64,000 nt of DNA. It comes from an uncultured Thiotrichales bacterium (lineage in GTDB: Bacteria; Pseudomonadota; Gammaproteobacteria; UBA4575). Position 1 is the first letter of the stretch. Every line of letters begins with the position of its first letter. The notes under the pieces were generated by a model that was given only the letters and a program-made list of their open reading frames with translations, did no database searches and was not told where the DNA came from. Below are positions 54,433 to 64,000 of this stretch, piece after piece. The translations under genes were made by a program, and so were the position numbers. The stretch spans positions 280,705 to 344,704 of the forward strand of contig CAZTNC010000011.1 of NCBI GenBank assembly GCA_964614915.1, read 5' to 3'.

Positions 54433-55747
54433 TACACCATTGAGAGTTGCCTGCGGCACACTGTGGCTTTGTGTGGCGCTGCTCGGAAATGCCGTGGCCG
54501 CACCTTCGATCGAGCAGTGGACCAGTGCTCAGGCTGTTCGCACCCTGTTCGTGGCGGCCCCGGAGTTGCCAATGCTGGACATCGCCGTGACCTTTGGTGC
54601 CGGCAGTGACCGGGACGCTGAACTTGCCGGTCTCTCGCAGCTCACGCATGGTCTGCTGAGTGCCGGTACCGAAGCCATGGATGCCGATACGGTGGCCGAG
54701 AGATTCGAAGAGGTCGGCGCCCGCTACGGGTACGACGTCAATCTGGATCATTCCAGAGTCAGCTTGCGCAGTCTGACCGAGGAGCGGCTGCTTGAGCAGG
54801 CGTTGTCTACCTTCGTCGAGATCCTGACCCGTCCCGGCTTTCCGCAAAAGGACTTCCTGCGTTTGAAGAACCAAGCGCTTACTGCAATCCGCGACGAGCA
54901 GCAACGCCCGGACAGGATTGCTGGTAAGGCGTTCTACCAGGCCGTATACGGCACTCATCCCTACGCACAGCCGGTTTCGGGAAGCGAGAGCAGCATGCAG
55001 GCCATTGCACTGGCGGATGTCAAGGCATTCCAGCGGCAGTATCTGGTTGCGGAAAATGCCACAATTGCAATCGTTGGAGACTTGGATACGGATCAGGCCC
55101 GCCGAATTTCCGAGTACATTGCATCCCATCTTCCCAGGGGCACGCAGCCTGCGCTCGCACCACCCCCGCAGCCTGCAACAGAGGGCCAGTACCGGTTTAT
55201 TCCCTATCCCTCCCAGCAGTCGCATGTCTACCTGGGGCAGTTGGGTATTGCCCGGGGAGATCCGGATTATTTCATCCTGTACACCGGCAATTATGTCCTG
55301 GGCGGAGGCGGTTTCAGCTCGCGTTTGATGAAAAGGATCCGCAAGCAACTGGGGTTGTCCTACAGCGTATACAGTTACTTCTTCCCCTTGCAGCAACCGG
55401 GGCCTTTCATGCTGGGTCTGCAGACACGCGCCGATCAGGCCCAGATGGCACTCGATCAGGCTTGGCAACTGGTTCAGGACTATGTGGACCAGGGTCCCAG
55501 CGAGGAAGAGCTGGAACTCGCCAAGAAAAGCATCATCGGCGGTTTTCCGTTACGGGTAGACCAGAACAGCGATATCCTGGCGTATTTGTCGTTGATCGGG
55601 TACTACGACCTGCCTCTGGACTACCTCGAGACCTTCACCACACACATTGCCGAGGTCACACAGGAGGATGTTCGAGTAGCGTTCAGCCGGCATTTGCACA
55701 CTGACCGCATGGTCAAGATTGTCGTTGGTGGTCCCGAAGAGGAATAG
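54401..55747 (+). CDS. M16 family peptidase homolog lacking the HxxEH motif (non-catalytic partner)
   Basis: Signal peptide. M16 fold similarity to the upstream gene. No HxxEH. GTG start with a GGGAGGA ribosome-binding site, overlapping the upstream gene. Confidence 0.6.
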   Translation: MRLWYPMLHTSTPLRVACGTLWLCVALLGNAVAAPSIEQWTSAQAVRTLFVAAPELPMLDIAVTFGAGSDRDAELAGLSQLTHGLLSAGTEAMDADTVAERFEEVGARYGYDVNLDHSRVSLRSLTEERLLEQALSTFVEILTRPGFPQKDFLRLKNQALTAIRDEQQRPDRIAGKAFYQAVYGTHPYAQPVSGSESSMQAIALADVKAFQRQYLVAENATIAIVGDLDTDQARRISEYIASHLPRGTQPALAPPPQPATEGQYRFIPYPSQQSHVYLGQLGIARGDPDYFILYTGNYVLGGGGFSSRLMKRIRKQLGLSYSVYSYFFPLQQPGPFMLGLQTRADQAQMALDQAWQLVQDYVDQGPSEEELELAKKSIIGGFPLRVDQNSDILAYLSLIGYYDLPLDYLETFTTHIAEVTQEDVRVAFSRHLHTDRMVKIVVGGPEEE

Positions 55748-56297
55748 CCTGCGCATCGTCGGCGGCGTTTGGCGCAGCCGTCGGATCCAGTTTGCAAATA
55801 CTCCGGGTATCCGGCCCACTCCAGACCGGGTGCGTGAGACCCTGTTCAACTGGCTGGCCGACAAAATCGACGGTGCACGCTGTCTGGACCTGTTTGCCGG
55901 CAGTGGTGCACTGGGATTTGAAGCGGCTTCCCGGGGGGCCTCGCATGTCACCCTGGTGGATCGCGATGCTTCGGTGGTGGCTATGCTGGAGTTGCAGAAA
56001 CAAGCCCTGCGGGCTCGGCAGGTGGATATCGTATGCCAAGATGCACTGGACTATGTGCAGCGGGCAAGAGAGCCGTTCGATATCGTGTTCCTCGATCCTC
56101 CCTTTGCAACAGACCTGGACCGGCAGGTATTGCCGGAGCTGGTCACTCACCGACTGGTGCGCCCGCCCGCCCGGGTCTATGTGGAATCCCCGGCCAATCG
56201 GATCCTGGAATTTCCGGGCTCCCTGTGCTGCATCCGTGAAAAAACGGCGGGACAGGTGCGTTACCAGCTGTACGCGCTGGAAGATAAAATCGTGTGA
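55719..56297 (+). CDS. rsmD: 16S rRNA (guanine966-N2)-methyltransferase
   Basis: LRIVGG...DRVRETLFNWL...LDLFAGSGALGFEA matches RsmD. TTG start; precise start uncertain. Confidence 0.8.
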   Translation: MSLVVPKRNSLRIVGGVWRSRRIQFANTPGIRPTPDRVRETLFNWLADKIDGARCLDLFAGSGALGFEAASRGASHVTLVDRDASVVAMLELQKQALRARQVDIVCQDALDYVQRAREPFDIVFLDPPFATDLDRQVLPELVTHRLVRPPARVYVESPANRILEFPGSLCCIREKTAGQVRYQLYALEDKIV

Positions 56298-56334
56298 CAA
56301 AGCCCCCGGGGGCGCCGGGATCGCTTCATGCTAG

Positions 56335-56829
<495 letters not shown>

Positions 56830-56845
56830 AACCCTTTTGTTTGAA

Positions 56846-58564
56846 ATGCGGATTCTGGTCTTCGTGTGCTTGGCATGGGGAGTGATCTCCTGTGGCACGT
56901 CCCCGACTGACAAATCCGCTCTGTCAAGCTCGCCATCCCGGCCCTCCCTCACAGATTATGCTGTGGCCAGTGCCCATCCGCTGGCCACTCAGGCAGGCAT
57001 CGATATCCTGCGTCAGGGTGGCAACGCCTTCGATGCGGCCGTAGCGGTGACCGCATGCCTGGCGGTGGTGGAGCCCTATGGCTCAGGTCTGGGCGGCGGC
57101 GGCTTCTGGCTATTGCACACGGCATCGGATGGACGCGATGTCATGCTGGATGGGAGGGAGGTGGCACCGCTTGCAGCGACCCGGGACATGTATCTGGATG
57201 ATGCTGGCAGGCCCACCCGAGAGTCCGTCGTAGGTCCCTTGGCTGCAGGCATTCCAGGCGTCCCTGCAGCCCTCGTTCACCTGTCGGACAGGTATGGGCG
57301 GCTTCCCCTTGATCGCACCTTGCACGCGGCCATCCGACATGCCCATGAGGGTTTTGAGGTGAGCACGCGTTATCAAAGGCTGGCCACAGCCGTGCTTGAT
57401 CACTTGCAGGAGACCACCGAGGGAAATTCAATTTTTCTGGAGCAGGGCAGCGTACCCGAACCCGGCTATGTGCTTCGACAACCGCAATTGGCCCGTGTCC
57501 TGGAACGCATCCGCGACGAGGGCGCTGACGGATTCTATCAGGGAGAAGTGGCAGCGCTACTGGTCCAGGGCGTGCAGCAGGCCGGAGGAATCTGGCAGAT
57601 GCAGGACCTGACGAAATACCGGGTCCGGGAACGAAAGCCGGTTTCCGGTACCTACGCAAACATGAGAGTCACCAGCGCCGCGCTGCCTTCTTCGGGAGGC
57701 ATCCTACTGGCGCAAATGCTCAACATGCTGTCGTTACTGGACCTGTCACAGATGGAAGCCACACAGCGCACTCATGCCCTAGTCGAAGTCATGCGCCGGG
57801 CGTATGTCGACCGTGCCCGGTATCTCGGGGATACGGACCATGTCGAGGTGCCCGTCGAGAGTCTTTTATCTGCACAGCATGCAACCCTGATGCTGGCGGA
57901 TTTCAACCCGCAGCGGGCTTCCTTGAGCAGCACATACCTCAAGGAACAGGCCGGTTTGCAGGGTGGTGAACCTGCAGAAGGCCGCAACACCACACATTTT
58001 TCCATCATCGACCGGGAGGGCAATTACGTGGCCGCGACGCTTTCCATCAACTACCCGTTTGGTTCGGGATTTGTACCGCCCGGCACAGGGGTCCTGCTGA
58101 ACAACGAAATGGACGATTTTGCGATCAAGCCGGGGCATGCCAACCTGTATGGCCTGACCGGCAACCGCGCAAATGCCATCGAAGCAGGTAAACGCATGCT
58201 TTCAAGCATGTCGCCTACGTTCCTGGATGATGGTGAACGAGTGGCGATTTTGGGGACCCCGGGCGGCAGCCGGATAATTACCATGGTGTTGCTGGCCGCG
58301 CTGGAATTTGTCCGTGGCGGGGATGTGAACGCCATGGTCTCGCGGCCACGATTTCATCACCAGTTCGCCCCGGACCGTATCGAGTTTGAAAACGGGACCT
58401 TCGATGCTGCCACCCTGGCTGCACTCGCCGAGATGGGCCACACGTTGCAGGCTACCTCTCGCAGCTACGGGGACATGCATGCCGTCATCTGGAATCGAAA
58501 GACCGGGCACGTGACTGCAGCCAGCGATCCTCGGGGCCTGGGTCTTGCACAGGTCGGCGAATAA
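56846..58564 (+). CDS. ggt: Gamma-glutamyltranspeptidase, lipoprotein precursor
   Basis: Lipobox GVISCG after MRILVFVCLAW. GGT family with a conserved Thr autoprocessing region (ATLSINYPFGSG, TTHFS). Confidence 0.85.
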   Translation: MRILVFVCLAWGVISCGTSPTDKSALSSSPSRPSLTDYAVASAHPLATQAGIDILRQGGNAFDAAVAVTACLAVVEPYGSGLGGGGFWLLHTASDGRDVMLDGREVAPLAATRDMYLDDAGRPTRESVVGPLAAGIPGVPAALVHLSDRYGRLPLDRTLHAAIRHAHEGFEVSTRYQRLATAVLDHLQETTEGNSIFLEQGSVPEPGYVLRQPQLARVLERIRDEGADGFYQGEVAALLVQGVQQAGGIWQMQDLTKYRVRERKPVSGTYANMRVTSAALPSSGGILLAQMLNMLSLLDLSQMEATQRTHALVEVMRRAYVDRARYLGDTDHVEVPVESLLSAQHATLMLADFNPQRASLSSTYLKEQAGLQGGEPAEGRNTTHFSIIDREGNYVAATLSINYPFGSGFVPPGTGVLLNNEMDDFAIKPGHANLYGLTGNRANAIEAGKRMLSSMSPTFLDDGERVAILGTPGGSRIITMVLLAALEFVRGGDVNAMVSRPRFHHQFAPDRIEFENGTFDAATLAALAEMGHTLQATSRSYGDMHAVIWNRKTGHVTAASDPRGLGLAQVGE

Positions 58565-58573
58565 CGGCCGGCA

Positions 58574-59386
58574 TTAATGCTGGCACTGGCTGCAATAAAA
58601 ACTGCTGCGCTGACCGAGTGTCCGGAGTTGGATGGGATGACCGCAGACCGGGCACGGCTCCCCGTGCCGGTTGTAGACATTGAGTTCTTGCGCAAAATAG
58701 CCGGGGCTGCCGTTTTCACGGGTGAAATCGCGCAAGGTGGTACCCCCCGCATCAATGGCGGTGCTCAGTACATGCTTGATGTCCGCGACCAGTTTTTCAT
58801 AACGGGACAGCGAGATACGGCCTGCAGCTCGCTGCGGGTGTATGCCGCTTAGAAAAAGCGCTTCACTGGCATAGATGTTGCCTACGCCGGCAACTACACT
58901 GCTGTTCATGATGAAATTCTTGACACCGACCTTCCTGGAAGCAGCACGGCCGTGGAGGTAACGGCCGCTGAATGCATCGCTGAAGGGTTCCGGTCCGAGG
59001 TTTTGCAGCAGCTTGTGCTGCAGGGGGTCTTGGCGGGTCCAGTGTATGCTCCCGAAACGGCGTGGATCATGAAACCGCAGAATCTTGTTGCCGAACACGA
59101 AATCCACCTGGTCATGCTTTTGTGCCGGCACACCGTTTGCGACGATGCGCAAACTTCCAGACATTCCGAGATGCACAATGAGGCAGCCGTTGCCGGTTTC
59201 AAGCAGCAGATACTTGGCGCGTCGCCCGACCGATTTCACCTGCTGGTCTTTTAACGATCTTTTCAACTGGCCCGGTACAGGCCAGCGAAGCTGCCGCTGA
59301 TGCACGATGAGGTCAGTGATTCTTCTGCCGGCAACGTGCGGACGAATGCCGCGACACGTCGTTTCCACTTCTGGCAGTTCAGGCAT
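58574..59386 (-). CDS. mutM: Formamidopyrimidine-DNA glycosylase
   Basis: MPELPEVETT N-terminus. C-terminal zinc finger CPVCGHPI...CSQCQ. Confidence 0.9.
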   Translation of the reverse strand: MPELPEVETTCRGIRPHVAGRRITDLIVHQRQLRWPVPGQLKRSLKDQQVKSVGRRAKYLLLETGNGCLIVHLGMSGSLRIVANGVPAQKHDQVDFVFGNKILRFHDPRRFGSIHWTRQDPLQHKLLQNLGPEPFSDAFSGRYLHGRAASRKVGVKNFIMNSSVVAGVGNIYASEALFLSGIHPQRAAGRISLSRYEKLVADIKHVLSTAIDAGGTTLRDFTRENGSPGYFAQELNVYNRHGEPCPVCGHPIQLRTLGQRSSFYCSQCQH

Positions 59387-59398
59387 TCCGGTCGTGGC

Positions 59399-60460
59399 TC
59401 ATGACTGGTAGAGTGCCTCGATCTCCACCAGCAGGTCGGTCCGGCACATGTCTCCCAGCAGCAATATCCGGGGCGTCGTGCTGGGCAGACGCGCAGCCAA
59501 CACTCTTTGGATGTGGGGCACGTCACGGCGGTGGCGTACGTACACTTTCATGCACAGCAGATCGTCCTGTGCGTTCAGCTGCGTTTGATGCCGGTGATTG
59601 GCATGGACAACCAGAGTTTCGACGTTGTTCAGGGATTCGTTGAGTTGCGCACCGACATCGTCCACGTGCCGGGTTTCATGTCCAACGATGCTGGCAGTGC
59701 CCGAGACATAAAAGTGTATGCAGTTACTCCAGTGCTTGAGCACCCCCCGTGAAAACAGGGGCGGTGCCTGCACATCGGCAGTTGGGTAGTCGTAGGCGCT
59801 CGTCTGTCGCGGGTTTTCAACGGCAATTCCTGGAGCATCCCCCGCCAGAAAATAAATTTGCAGGCACGGGTTTTGGTTGCCAATCACGGTTGCTGCCGGA
59901 TAGATGCTGCTTTCGGCATTGCAGGCCTGCATGGCCTGCAGGCGGCCGCTGCAAAACAGGTCGTAGCGGCAGGACTGGTTTCCAGCCGGATCGGTAATGC
60001 CCGGGAAGTAGTTCCAGGTGCGCAAAAGATGGTTGCAGGCGGTGCTTTGCAAGCAGTCATAGATCTCCTGGTAGGCCTGCTTGGCCAGCGCTTGGAAATC
60101 GCTCGTCTGCGGACAGTCCAGCTGGATATGGCCAAACAGTACTTGGGGGTGACCGGCATACTGTATGTTTGCGTGCTGCCCATGCGTGACCGGACCGTCC
60201 GTATACCAGTTCTGGAAATGGAAATCAGACCCCTGCAGAACCTCAAGGCGGCTGTTGACCGACCACCCCTTTGCCCGGCATTGTCCGGGGTCCCCGAAAT
60301 GCACGTGTGTCAGCAGGGCGGAGTCGACGACCGGGTCCATGCTTTCATGGACTGCGACTTCCAGGCTGGGCATCGGACCGGAGTGGACGGGTTTGGGATC
60401 ACCTGCTGTCATGAGAACACTGTAACCTGCAAATGGCGGCCTTGCGAACAAAAGATACAA
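59399..60460 (-). CDS. FkbO/Hyg5/XanB2-type chorismatase-like protein with C-terminal RidA/YjgF-like fold
   Basis: C-terminus ILLLGDMCRTDLLVEIEALY resembles RidA-family ends. Overall length about 340 aa is typical of chorismatases. Assignment from pattern memory only. N-terminal start uncertain. Confidence 0.4.
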   Translation of the reverse strand: MYLLFARPPFAGYSVLMTAGDPKPVHSGPMPSLEVAVHESMDPVVDSALLTHVHFGDPGQCRAKGWSVNSRLEVLQGSDFHFQNWYTDGPVTHGQHANIQYAGHPQVLFGHIQLDCPQTSDFQALAKQAYQEIYDCLQSTACNHLLRTWNYFPGITDPAGNQSCRYDLFCSGRLQAMQACNAESSIYPAATVIGNQNPCLQIYFLAGDAPGIAVENPRQTSAYDYPTADVQAPPLFSRGVLKHWSNCIHFYVSGTASIVGHETRHVDDVGAQLNESLNNVETLVVHANHRHQTQLNAQDDLLCMKVYVRHRRDVPHIQRVLAARLPSTTPRILLLGDMCRTDLLVEIEALYQS

Positions 60461-60651
60461 GGCGGATTCGGACTGGCTTTAAATTCCCGGTAATGATGTT
60501 TAAAGTGTGGTCCGACCGGTAGCACTTGTACCGGGTGATACCTCGGCATCACCAATAAAGAATCCGAAACGGACATGCTGCGGCCTCTTGCTGCACCCGG
60601 TTGTGTGCCCATGCAAAGACGTGACCCGATTGACTGAACCGGAATGAATTC

Positions 60652-62610
60652 ATGCGCTTGCTAGGTGTCGATACAGGTGGAACCTTTACGGATCTGGTCT
60701 ATTTTAATGGACAATCCGTGCAGACACACAAGGAACTGTCCACACCGCAGGCACCTGAGCGTGCCATCCTGCAGGGCATTGCCTCTCTGGGGATTGATAC
60801 CCGCGGTCTGCACATCGTGCATGGTACCACGGTGGCTACCAACGCACTGCTCGAGGGCAAGGGGGCACGAACGGTATTTGTCACCAACCATGGTTTCAAG
60901 GACCTGCTGTTGATTGGCCGCCAGACCCGTGAGGAGCTCTACAATCTCACACCCCGGGAAAAGCCCACGTTGTTCGAACCGCAGTTGTGCCTGGAAACCG
61001 GCGGACGTACGGATTCCCGGGGGAACACGGTCTTGCAGCTGCCCACTGCGGAAATGGACATGCTTGCCGACACCATCGACCAGCTTGATGCCGAGGCAGT
61101 TGCAGTTTGCCTGCTGTTTTCATTTATCGACAACCGCTTTGAGAAGGCACTCAAGGCGCGGCTGGATGAGCGGTATTTTGTTTCGATTTCATCCGAGGTG
61201 CTGGCGGAGTACCGCGAATATGAACGTGGACTGGCTACTTGGATTAACAGCTATCTGGGTCCTGTGATGCAAGGCTACCTGTCTCGCCTTGGCGAGGCAC
61301 TGCCGGACTCCCGACTCTTCGTCATGCAAAGTGACGGCCTGACCCTGAGCACGGGGGCGGCAGAACGTAATGCCGTGCGCCTGTTGTTGTCCGGGCCGGC
61401 AGGCGGGCTCTGGGGCAGCCTTCACACAGGGGCGAGTGTCGGATGCGCGCGATTGCTGACCTTTGACATGGGGGGGACATCCACGGATGTTTCCATCATT
61501 GATGGGGAATTCGAGCTGACCCGCCGCGGGAAAATCGCAGGACTCCCGGTGGCCGTGCCCATGCTGGACATTCACACCATCGGTGCGGGCGGCGGCTCGA
61601 TTGCGTGGGTGGATGAGGGCGGACTGCTGCAGGTGGGCCCGGACTCAGCTGGCGCCTCGCCCGGACCGGCATGTTATGGACAGGGAGGGGATCACCCCAC
61701 CGTGACCGATGCACATGTGGTACTGGGGCGCCTACCCTCCAGTTGCAGGCTCGCCGGGAATCTGGATCTGGATCCTGAAGCTTCCCAAAGCGTCATCTCC
61801 CGCCTTGCTCGGCATCTGAGCCTGGACTCCCAAGCCTGTGCCCAGGGAATCGTGCGGATTGCCAATGAGCAGATGACACAAGCTCTGCGAGTGATGTCGG
61901 TGTACCGGGGTCATGACCCGAAGGACTTTACACTGGTCAGTTTTGGGGGTGCGGGCGGCCTTCACGTCTGCGATCTCGCCGAGAGTTTACGCATTTACCA
62001 GGCGCTGGTCCCCGCCCATACCGGTGTGTTATCAGCGTTTGGTCTCCTGGCGGCACCTTCCGGCAAGGAGGTGTCCCAGAGCTGTATCCAGTTGTTGGCT
62101 GAGTGCGAGGACCAGGAGCTGGAGGAAGTGTTTGCTCGACTGGAGCACAGAATTACCTCCGACTTGAGTGCGGAGTCTGCCTCACAGTATGCGCTGAAAA
62201 GGGAACTCGATCTGCGTTACCGGGGCCAGTCGACGACGCTGAGGCTGCCTTGGCAGGATCCGTCCCTCGCAGAACAGGCATTCCATGAGCGTCACCGCGA
62301 ACGCTATGGCTATGCACTGGATATGCCAGTGGAACTGGTCAATCTGCGGCTTACAGCAACGGGCACGGACACATCCGAGTTGCCCATGCCCCGCGTCGCC
62401 CGCAGACAACCCGGCTCGCCGATCGGAAAGACTCGCCTGCACGAGCTCGCAAAGGAGGTCCCTGTGTTCAGGCGCTCCGACATTGCACGGGACCAGATGC
62501 TGAGCGGTCCAGTCATCGTGATTGAACCCCAGGCTACCCTGTACATTGCTCCCAAGTGGACCGCATTGCAGCGGGAATCGGGCGGTCTTTTGTTGGAAAA
62601 AATGAAATAA
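60652..62610 (+). CDS. Hydantoinase/oxoprolinase A-subunit family protein (HyuA-like), no B subunit adjacent
   Basis: MRLLGVDTGGTFTDLV N-terminus and an ASKHA-fold hydantoinase_A pattern. 652 aa. Confidence 0.7.
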   Translation: MRLLGVDTGGTFTDLVYFNGQSVQTHKELSTPQAPERAILQGIASLGIDTRGLHIVHGTTVATNALLEGKGARTVFVTNHGFKDLLLIGRQTREELYNLTPREKPTLFEPQLCLETGGRTDSRGNTVLQLPTAEMDMLADTIDQLDAEAVAVCLLFSFIDNRFEKALKARLDERYFVSISSEVLAEYREYERGLATWINSYLGPVMQGYLSRLGEALPDSRLFVMQSDGLTLSTGAAERNAVRLLLSGPAGGLWGSLHTGASVGCARLLTFDMGGTSTDVSIIDGEFELTRRGKIAGLPVAVPMLDIHTIGAGGGSIAWVDEGGLLQVGPDSAGASPGPACYGQGGDHPTVTDAHVVLGRLPSSCRLAGNLDLDPEASQSVISRLARHLSLDSQACAQGIVRIANEQMTQALRVMSVYRGHDPKDFTLVSFGGAGGLHVCDLAESLRIYQALVPAHTGVLSAFGLLAAPSGKEVSQSCIQLLAECEDQELEEVFARLEHRITSDLSAESASQYALKRELDLRYRGQSTTLRLPWQDPSLAEQAFHERHRERYGYALDMPVELVNLRLTATGTDTSELPMPRVARRQPGSPIGKTRLHELAKEVPVFRRSDIARDQMLSGPVIVIEPQATLYIAPKWTALQRESGGLLLEKMK

Positions 62611-62740
62611 CGTGAACCCTGCGCTCACCCTGGACACATCTTGCGAACTTGTGTAATTCCCCCGTCAGCACGTATGATGCACGGACCGAAAAGCGGGCTT
62701 CTTCTAAAACAATAACAAATGCCCGGACTAGGATCTGCCT

Positions 62741-63925
62741 ATGCTTGATGGACTGGTAGCTTTGCCTGGGTGGGGATATGTCGTCCTCACGCTCGTTCTC
62801 ACACATCTCACCATCGTGTCGGTCACCGTGTTTCTGCATCGGTGCCAGGCACATTGTGCTCTGGACCTGCATCCGCTGCCTGCACATTTGTTCCGTTTCT
62901 GGCTCTGGCTGACTACAGGTATGGTGACCAAGGAGTGGGTTGCAATTCACAGGAAGCACCATGCCAAGACCGAGACCGCAGAAGATCCGCACAGCCCGCA
63001 CGTGGTGGGTATCGGCACGGTGTTCTGGCAGGGTTCGGAGCTGTATCGGGAAGAAGCCGGAAATGCGGACACGCTGGAGCATTATGGTCACGGCACGCCT
63101 GATGACTGGATCGAGCGAAACCTGTACACGCGTTTCTCCTCCATGGGAGTGGTGTTGATGCTGGTCTTGAACTTGGTGTTGTTTGGCCTTCTTGGAGTCG
63201 TGATCTGGGCGGTACAAATGATCTGGATACCGGTTACTGCGGCGGGCGTTATCAATGGCTTTGGTCATTACTGGGGGTACCGCAACTTCGAAACCCCGGA
63301 CGGCTCGACCAATATCATGAATCTGGGCATCCTGATCGGCGGTGAGGAGCTGCACAACAACCACCATGCCTATCCGAGTTCGGCGAAGTTTTCCAGCAAG
63401 CGCTGGGAGGTTGATGCGGGCTGGCTTTACATTCGGATGCTGTGCTTCCTAAATCTGGCCAGGGTTCGCCGGCGCGCTCCGCAACCCGTGCGTGTGGCCA
63501 TCAAGGAAAAAATTGACCTCGAAACGGCTAAGGCCATTATTTCCAGCAAGCTACACGTCATGGCTGACTATGCTCAGCACGTGACGCTGCCAACGTTTCG
63601 CAGCGAATTGTCCGGCAACAAACTGCGTGGTAAAAAGCTGATGCGTCAGATGCGAACTGCGCTGATCCGTGAAAAATCCCGCCTGAAACCGCTGCATCAC
63701 AAACACCTGCAGGTGCTTTTGCAGGACAGCGAAACTTTACATACGGTGTATGAGTTTCAGGGACGATTACAGCAATTGTGGAACGAGACCTATGCCAGTC
63801 ACGAACCTTTGGTCCAGGCCATCACCCAGTGGTGCAAGGAAGCGGAGGCCACCGGGATTCGTGTCCTGCAGACCTTTGCGCAAGGCCTGAGAGGCTATGC
63901 ATTGCAGCCCACCCCTGTGGGCTAG
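62741..63925 (+). CDS. desA: Membrane fatty-acid desaturase (DesA-type acyl-lipid delta-9 desaturase)
   Basis: Three His boxes (HRCQAH, HRKHH, HNNHHAYP). 394 aa, as Pseudomonas DesA. Confidence 0.75.
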   Translation: MLDGLVALPGWGYVVLTLVLTHLTIVSVTVFLHRCQAHCALDLHPLPAHLFRFWLWLTTGMVTKEWVAIHRKHHAKTETAEDPHSPHVVGIGTVFWQGSELYREEAGNADTLEHYGHGTPDDWIERNLYTRFSSMGVVLMLVLNLVLFGLLGVVIWAVQMIWIPVTAAGVINGFGHYWGYRNFETPDGSTNIMNLGILIGGEELHNNHHAYPSSAKFSSKRWEVDAGWLYIRMLCFLNLARVRRRAPQPVRVAIKEKIDLETAKAIISSKLHVMADYAQHVTLPTFRSELSGNKLRGKKLMRQMRTALIREKSRLKPLHHKHLQVLLQDSETLHTVYEFQGRLQQLWNETYASHEPLVQAITQWCKEAEATGIRVLQTFAQGLRGYALQPTPVG

Positions 63926-63958
63926 CGAGACAGTCACTGGATGCATCTAGCCCAAGGG
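63912..63958. terminator. Imperfect 13-bp stem hairpin (CCCCTGTGGGCTAG ... CTAGCCCAAGGGG) overlapping the desaturase stop, between convergent genes
   Basis: Read from the sequence. About 20-nt loop. No clear U-tract, so weak as an intrinsic terminator. Confidence 0.3.
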
Positions 63959-64000
63959 GAGTTGGGCAGGCTGCGGGGTTACTTGATCTTGGCTTCCTTG

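Overview
This is a high-GC (about 63%) gammaproteobacterial chromosome segment that is mostly core genome, with two accessory clusters.

Core genes seen, in order: a patatin-like lipase (partial at the edge), aceE-aceF followed by alanine dehydrogenase, a Tat-exported PhoX-type phosphatase, a tRNA(CAU), rpoD and dnaG, dgt, aroB and aroK, mrcA (PBP1A), hemE, rpsU divergent from tsaD, plsY, bioH-bioC, ctaA, rpoH and ftsX-ftsE-ftsY, two tandem M16 peptidases, rsmD, coaD, ggt, mutM, a chorismatase-like gene, a lone hydantoinase-A-like gene and a DesA-type fatty-acid desaturase.

Accessory content:
(1) A compact bacterial sterol-biosynthesis cluster at about 9.6-20.5 kb. It carries a translationally coupled operon of SdmB-like NAD(P) dehydrogenase, SdmA-like Rieske oxygenase, an ERG4/ERG24-family sterol reductase, CYP51 and an unusual single-ORF fusion of squalene epoxidase with oxidosqualene cyclase. 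A sterol 24-C-methyltransferase (ERG6/SMT family) lies convergently downstream and a COG2907-type flavin amine-oxidase-like gene lies divergently upstream. The block lies between an AT-rich junction and the tRNA, which fits an old genomic island.
(2) A type I highly reducing PKS locus at 27.6-39.4 kb. It encodes a 3213-aa KS-AT-DH-cMT-ER-KR-ACP-KS megasynthase whose terminal KS is followed by an AT-less linker remnant, plus a convergent operon of a discrete ACP, an Sfp-type PPTase and an alpha/beta hydrolase. It sits between aroK and ponA, where pilMNOPQ lie in many gammaproteobacteria.

No CRISPR arrays, transposases, integrases or phage genes were seen.
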